A stretch of 64,000 bases of DNA from Candidatus Omnitrophota bacterium (GTDB lineage Bacteria; Omnitrophota; Gorgyraeia; Duberdicusellales; 4484-171), in the NCBI GenBank assembly GCA_003154195.1, contig PMCS01000024.1, positions 64,028 to 128,027 on the forward strand, written 5' to 3'. Made by a program: the position numbers and the translations under genes. Positions 58,374 to 64,000 of this stretch are shown here, one piece after another (position 1 is the stretch's first letter; the number at the start of each line of letters is the position of its first letter). The notes beneath the pieces were generated by a model that saw only the letters and a list, made by a program, of their open reading frames with translations, had not been told where the DNA came from and ran no database searches.

Positions 58374-59216
58374 TTATTTTTGTCGAGACGCTGTTTTAAC
58401 CAGGTTTTGGAATAAAAAAAGCGGCGTAAGCCTTCCGATTCCGCCGGGTACCGGCGTAATCAGCGAGGCGCGCTTTCGAGCGCTTTCAAACTCTACATCG
58501 CCGCAGATTTTACCGTTTTTTTGACCGATCCCCACATCGATAATAATCGCCCCTTTTTTCAAACATTCGCCCCTGATTATATGAGGCTTACCCACGGCAG
58601 AAATCACAATATCGGCATTTTCCAGATAAAACGGCAATCGTTCGCTCTCGTAAGTAGCGATATGTGTTATGTTCACGGTAGCGAATTTCCGCCCTAAAAT
58701 TATCGCGAGGGGTTTTCCGATCAAAGTCGAAAATCCTACGATGGTTACTTCTTTTCCGTACAGCTCAACTTCGGCAGAGTCCAAAACTTCCAGGACGCTT
58801 AAAACCGTCGGGGAAATGAACTTACTCTCATCGCCCCAAAAAAGGCTTCCCAGGTTAAGCGGGTGTAAACCCTCAATATCTTTCGCGGGGTCAACCGCGC
58901 CGAACACATCCGCTTCGTTCCAGTCTTTAGGAAAAGGCTTGTTTACAATGATACCGCTTATATTTTTATCCCGGCTGAATGCCTTGATCTTTTCGATACA
59001 TTCGGCAATAGTAACATTTTCATCGACGACTGCCGAAACATACTTGACGCCAAATTCTTGCGCTAATTTTTCCTGAGAGACAGAGTAAACTTTAGCGGAA
59101 TAGTCGTTGCCGACCCTCAAGGAAGCTAGCGACAAGCTGCCTGCCTCGGCAATATCCTGCTTTATCTGTTTTTTAAGCTTTTTATAAATACGGTCAACGT
59201 CCAGTATCTCAGCCAT
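58374..59216 (-). CDS. folD: bifunctional methylenetetrahydrofolate dehydrogenase / methenyl-THF cyclohydrolase
   Basis: FolD motifs (ITPVPGGIGRLT; NADP-binding ILGRKFATV). The ORF track starts at 59279, but the 21-codon extension overlaps an intergenic REP-like palindrome, so the start is placed at the MAEILD ATG. Confidence 0.85.
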   Translation of the reverse strand: MAEILDVDRIYKKLKKQIKQDIAEAGSLSLASLRVGNDYSAKVYSVSQEKLAQEFGVKYVSAVVDENVTIAECIEKIKAFSRDKNISGIIVNKPFPKDWNEADVFGAVDPAKDIEGLHPLNLGSLFWGDESKFISPTVLSVLEVLDSAEVELYGKEVTIVGFSTLIGKPLAIILGRKFATVNITHIATYESERLPFYLENADIVISAVGKPHIIRGECLKKGAIIIDVGIGQKNGKICGDVEFESARKRASLITPVPGGIGRLTPLFLFQNLVKTASRQK

Positions 59217-59246
59217 AATTTTATTTTCCCGGCGCAAGAATAAACT

Positions 59247-59265
59247 TATCCGCCGCGCGGATAAA
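59247..59265. terminator. REP-like palindrome TTATCCGCCGCGCGGATAA (variant of the family)
   Basis: Read directly; lies between the cyclodeaminase-like gene and folD. Confidence 0.5.
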
Positions 59266-59295
59266 AACGCAGTAGTCACCTTTACCGAAGAACCC

Positions 59296-59772
59296 CTATT
59301 GCTTTTTTTTAAACATCGACGCGTTAGCTTGAATATTTAGAATACACCCGTTCAGCGAAAGCGATACCAGCTCACGGCCGATATGGAAATCGCTTATTAT
59401 ACCTTTTTTAATTCCGGGTTCTACTCTTTTCGCAAGAGCTATCGCTTTCCGGCAATAATCCGCGGTCATCGTGACTATTCGTTCGCTTTTTTTTAAATAA
59501 AGCGCCCGGTTTTTTCCTTTCGCGCGCATCACCTTTTCAAAAAGGTCGCCGTCTAAATCAATAAACCGAAAAGCTCCGGCGCGTAAAATCTTAAACCGTT
59601 TTAACGGCAGATCAAAGCTATCGCGGTTTATCGCAGAATACCGCAGAGCTTTTTCGATAAGGCTTACGCCCAGGCAGAAGGTTAGCGCCGCCACGCTCCC
59701 GCCGCCGGGAGACGGCTTCTTCGCCGCCAGATCATTGATGTATTTTTTGAAATGGTTTCTATATTTTATCAT
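59296..59772 (-). CDS. formiminotransferase-cyclodeaminase C-domain-like (methenyl-THF cyclohydrolase-type) protein
   Basis: KKPSPGGGSVAALTFCLGVSLIEKAL matches the FTCD_C family; adjacent to folD, as in fchA-folD pairs. Confidence 0.65.
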   Translation of the reverse strand: MIKYRNHFKKYINDLAAKKPSPGGGSVAALTFCLGVSLIEKALRYSAINRDSFDLPLKRFKILRAGAFRFIDLDGDLFEKVMRAKGKNRALYLKKSERIVTMTADYCRKAIALAKRVEPGIKKGIISDFHIGRELVSLSLNGCILNIQANASMFKKKQ

Positions 59773-59925
59773 CTTTTTTAACCCTTAACTTCAATCAGGG
59801 TAATTTCTCGGCTTTTATTCAGTTTAATGAATCAAGGAGAAGTTTGCCCGCCACAAATAATAAATATTTAGGCGGGCAAATATCTAACCCGGCGCTAATT
59901 TTACTGTGGTAAAATTAGCGCCGGG

Positions 59926-60333
59926 TTAACCGTCCATCCTGAACGCATTTTTTATTAAATTAAATTGCCGCCAACGGCTGCCTTGAATAATCTCTAAAAC
60001 ATCAAAACGAAAACTGCCGTCTTGCTGCCTTAGGTTCGACACATAAAATAGAGCGGTTTTTTTTATTTTTTCTCTTTTCCCTTGGTCAACCGCCTCAATA
60101 CCGGAAACTAAATAATTAGAATCACGCGCCTTAACCTCGATAAATGATACGGTTTTTTTATCTTTGGCGATAATATCGATTTCGCCGAAACGGCTGCGAA
60201 AATTATTGCGTATAATGCGATACCCTTTTGATTTAAGAAATTCCCGCGCCTTGGTTTCGTAATAATCGCCTCTAGCCATGTAAGTCAACCTGCCCAGAAA
60301 TATTACAACTTCTTCCGGCCGCACAGGGAGCAA
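59926..60333 (-). CDS. yraN: YraN (UPF0102) family endonuclease-like protein
   Basis: RGDYYETKAREFLKSKGYRIIRNNFRSRFGEIDIIAKDKKTVSFIEVKAR core. Confidence 0.75.
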   Translation of the reverse strand: MLPVRPEEVVIFLGRLTYMARGDYYETKAREFLKSKGYRIIRNNFRSRFGEIDIIAKDKKTVSFIEVKARDSNYLVSGIEAVDQGKREKIKKTALFYVSNLRQQDGSFRFDVLEIIQGSRWRQFNLIKNAFRMDG

Positions 60334-60874
60334 AACTACGCCGGTGGAACTCGGTCAATGATTTTAATTTCAGCATTTCCCGGTGTTCCCTGGTCGGATA
60401 GCCGTTATGTTTATAAAAATTCCATTGCGGATAAATAAAATCAATAAGCCCCATCAGATGATCACGGGTGACCTTGGCGATAATCGAAGCGCAAGATACT
60501 TCCTTTACGGTTTTATCCGCTTTTTCAATACAGGTATACCTGATATTTAAATTAGTACGAAAAATATTGCCGTCAACGATGAAAGACGCGTTTTCCAAAG
60601 CGAGATTTTTTTTGATAATACCGTTGATCGCCCGGTTAAAGGTTAAAAACGTCGCCTCCAGTATATTCACCCGGTCGATTTCCTCCGGGGTCGCTATCGC
60701 GACCGAAAATGTCGAATTTTCAATGAGCCAATTAAACATCGCCTCTCTCGCTAAAGGCGAAAGCTCCTTGGAATCCCTGGGAACAAACGGAGGGTTGCGC
60801 TTAAGATACAGGGCGCAGCCCACAACCGCGCCGGCCAACGGTCCGCGGCCGGCTTCATCGATTCCGACAATCAT
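60272..60874 (-). CDS. rnhB: ribonuclease HII
   Basis: MIVGIDEAGRGPLAGAVVG catalytic N-terminus. Confidence 0.9.
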   Translation of the reverse strand: MIVGIDEAGRGPLAGAVVGCALYLKRNPPFVPRDSKELSPLAREAMFNWLIENSTFSVAIATPEEIDRVNILEATFLTFNRAINGIIKKNLALENASFIVDGNIFRTNLNIRYTCIEKADKTVKEVSCASIIAKVTRDHLMGLIDFIYPQWNFYKHNGYPTREHREMLKLKSLTEFHRRSFAPCAAGRSCNISGQVDLHG

Positions 60875-60896
60875 AGTTTAAACTGTGTTTTATACG

Positions 60897-60987
60897 CAGA
60901 TGATCACAGATTGGAAGAAACAGATGATCACGGATAATTCATTGTCTGCGATCATCTGCTTTTTTTAATCAGCGATCATCGGCGCCC
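60897..60987. repeat. about 90-bp long-hairpin element (2x CAGATGATCAC, loop, then 2x GCGATCATCTGC) downstream of rplS
   Basis: Near-identical copy at 61354-61442 upstream of rplS; contains a T7 run. Confidence 0.65.
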
Positions 60988-61335
60988 TTACGCCAGCATC
61001 GCTTTTTTACCGATACGTTTTCTTAAATAATACAAGCGCGCGCGCCGCGCCGGCTTAGCCGATTTCTTAACCATTTCGATTTTATCGATATTGGGCGTAT
61101 AATAAGGAAAGGTTATTTCATACGCTTCGCCATAAGCAATCCGGCGCAGGGTAAATGATTTTCGGTGCATTGCCCCCTGGATTTTCAGAATCACGCCTTC
61201 AATCGGATGGATGCGTTCTTTGTCTTTTTCTTTTATTTTATAATGGATTTTAACGATATCCCCCGCTTTGAATTGCGGGTAATCCTTCTTCATTCCTGCC
61301 AGCAATTCTTGTTCGACCATAACCAATTTGTCCAT
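60988..61335 (-). CDS. rplS: 50S ribosomal protein L19
   Basis: FKAGDIVKIHYKIKEKDKERIHPIEGVILKI ... full-length L19. Confidence 0.95.
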   Translation of the reverse strand: MDKLVMVEQELLAGMKKDYPQFKAGDIVKIHYKIKEKDKERIHPIEGVILKIQGAMHRKSFTLRRIAYGEAYEITFPYYTPNIDKIEMVKKSAKPARRARLYYLRKRIGKKAMLA

Positions 61336-61353
61336 AGTTAACCTCCGTGGTTC

Positions 61354-61442
61354 ACAGATGATCTCAGATTAGAAGAAACAGATGATCACAGATGCTTTCC
61401 TATCGGCGATCATCTGCATTTTTTCATCAGCGATCATCTGCG
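61354..61442. repeat. about 90-bp long-hairpin element, second copy, between trmD and rplS
   Basis: See 60897-60987. Confidence 0.65.
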
Positions 61443-62137
61443 TTTAATAAATCGGGCCTATATTTTTTTGTCGCCTCCCAAGCTTTTTTCTTTCGCCATT
61501 CCTTTATTTTCGCATGATCGCCCGATAATAAAATCCGCGGCACTTTCAGGCCGCGAAAGTTTTCCGGACGCGTCCAATGCGGGAAATCCAATAAATTATT
61601 TTCAAAACTTTCATTTTTAACCGATTCCCGGTCGGAAACAACACCGGGAATAAGCCGGGCCAGCGAATCGATTAAAACCATCGCCGCCAACTCTCCGCCA
61701 CTCAAGATATAATCGCCGATTGATATCTCTTCTTCGGCAAGGTATTTACCTACTCTTTCATCGGCGCCTTCGTAGCGCGCGCTGATTAAAACCAGGCGTT
61801 CATAATTCAAGAAACGGCCAATCGTTTTCTGGTCTAACGTTTTTCCGCGCGGGCCTAACAATATAATCCGCTTAGCTTTATCTACTTTTTTTTCAGGATA
61901 CGCGCGATATCCTAAAATTGATTCAACGGCGGCGAATAAAGGCTCCGGTTTAAATAACATCCCCCCTCCGCCATAAGAAACGTCATCGATCTTTTTATGT
62001 TTTTTATCGAGCGAATGATCGCGTAAATCATGGATGTTTATTTTAACCAGGCCTTTGTTCTGCGCTCTTTTGATTATCGATTCTTCGATAACCGGAGCGA
62101 ACATTTTAGGAAATATCGTGATTACGTCTATAACCAT
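61427..62137 (-). CDS. trmD: tRNA (guanine37-N1)-methyltransferase
   Basis: MVIDVITIFPKMF SPOUT N-terminus and the rest of TrmD. Confidence 0.9.
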   Translation of the reverse strand: MVIDVITIFPKMFAPVIEESIIKRAQNKGLVKINIHDLRDHSLDKKHKKIDDVSYGGGGMLFKPEPLFAAVESILGYRAYPEKKVDKAKRIILLGPRGKTLDQKTIGRFLNYERLVLISARYEGADERVGKYLAEEEISIGDYILSGGELAAMVLIDSLARLIPGVVSDRESVKNESFENNLLDFPHWTRPENFRGLKVPRILLSGDHAKIKEWRKKKAWEATKKYRPDLLNADDR

Positions 62138-62202
62138 AATAAAAATATCCTACGTCAACGCCGCAGGATATTTTTATCCGAAATCCGCCTGCGGCGGATT
62201 TA

Positions 62203-63372
<1,170 letters not shown>

Positions 63373-63377
63373 AAAAA

Positions 63378-63602
63378 TTACTTATGTTTGTTCAATAAAT
63401 AAATAATTAAACTGAAAGCGACACTTAACAAAATAGACGTCGATAAAGGAAAATAAAAAGTAAAGTTTCCTTTGTTGATATAAATATCCCCCGGCAACCG
63501 CCCAAGAAAAGGTAATTTAAAACGGGAAAAAATAATCATCCCGGCACCGAGAATAATAAATATAACTCCCGCCGCAATAAGCAACTTCCCTAAATTATTC
63601 AT
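63378..63602 (-). CDS. DUF2905 family small membrane protein
   Basis: 74 aa, two TM segments, conserved LGRLPGDI motif. Confidence 0.5.
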   Translation of the reverse strand: MNNLGKLLIAAGVIFIILGAGMIIFSRFKLPFLGRLPGDIYINKGNFTFYFPLSTSILLSVAFSLIIYLLNKHK

Positions 63603-63606
63603 TTAA

Positions 63607-63765
63607 CCCGTTGGAATCATTGAGCCTGTTGGGCCAGTTGTGTCTGTTAAGCCCGTTTAGCCCGCTGTGTCGGTTGGGACTGTTTAGTCCGTTTAGCCTG
63701 ATGAGTCCGTTAGAATATCTCAACCCGACAACTGACTCAACCGGCTTAACCGGCTTAACGGAATC
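63607..63765. repeat. structured intergenic repeat, same family as 29206-29317
   Basis: Shares the gttgggccagttgtg and caacccgacaactgactcaaccggcttaac cores; the loop carries GCCCGTTTAGC-type repeats. Confidence 0.6.
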
Positions 63766-63812
63766 AACAATTTGAAGTTAGCATAGACGTATTCGCTCCG
63801 CGAACGATTAAG

Positions 63813-64000
63813 CTACATGCTTATATTTTTTGGGTTAAGCGGATACGGTAAGTTTAGATGTTTATATGCGGATTCGGTAGCGATTCTTCCGCGGGGGCTG
63901 CGTATAATAAAACCTTTTTTTAAAAGATAAGGCTCGACGACGTCTTCCATGGTGCCTTTATCTTCAGCCAGCGAAGCGGCGATTGCTTCAATGCCGGTCG
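63813..64000 (-). CDS. ruvB: Holliday junction helicase RuvB, C-terminal fragment (gene continues past the window end)
   Basis: Reverse-complement translation [53 protein letters not shown] matches the RuvB C-terminal winged helix; stop at 63813-63815. Confidence 0.75.
   Translation of the reverse strand, partial: TGIEAIAASLAEDKGTMEDVVEPYLLKKGFIIRSPRGRIATESAYKHLNLPYPLNPKNISM

Overview
A 64 kb bacterial chromosomal segment, roughly 47-50% GC by eye, with almost every gene on the minus strand. It is mostly housekeeping: the hrcA-grpE-dnaK-dnaJ heat-shock operon with its CIRCE operator, dnaE, guaA/guaB, aspS, hisS, recO, ybeY, a 7TM-HD protein, a PolX polymerase, apbE, panB, the queuosine genes queF and tgt, trmD-rplS-rnhB-yraN, folD with an FTCD-like cyclodeaminase, accD, and one tRNA-Ala(CGC). 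Accessory or unusual content includes an ECF sigma / anti-sigma / VIT-VWA / VWA operon in which the anti-sigma periplasmic domain and the VIT-VWA C-terminus share a motif, a signal-peptide-bearing fusion of the Memo-like and AMMECR1-like proteins of the AmmeMemoRadiSam system with no radical SAM partner nearby, a c-di-GMP cluster (PilZ plus two GGDEF cyclases) directly downstream of dnaJ, a clpB gene fragment, a degenerate RAYT-like (REP-associated tyrosine transposase) gene, and a pair of large secreted proteins (lipase/PKD and Big_2). The most distinctive signal is a dense set of small structured repeat families in the intergenic DNA, including REP-like or terminator palindromes, a ~105 bp nested-hairpin element, tRNA-3'-end-derived tandem units and an element inserted in-frame into a MiaB-like gene; the individual families are set out in the findings. 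No CRISPR array, rRNA or clear prophage was seen. All calls rest on reading the sequence and the supplied ORF translations, with no database search.
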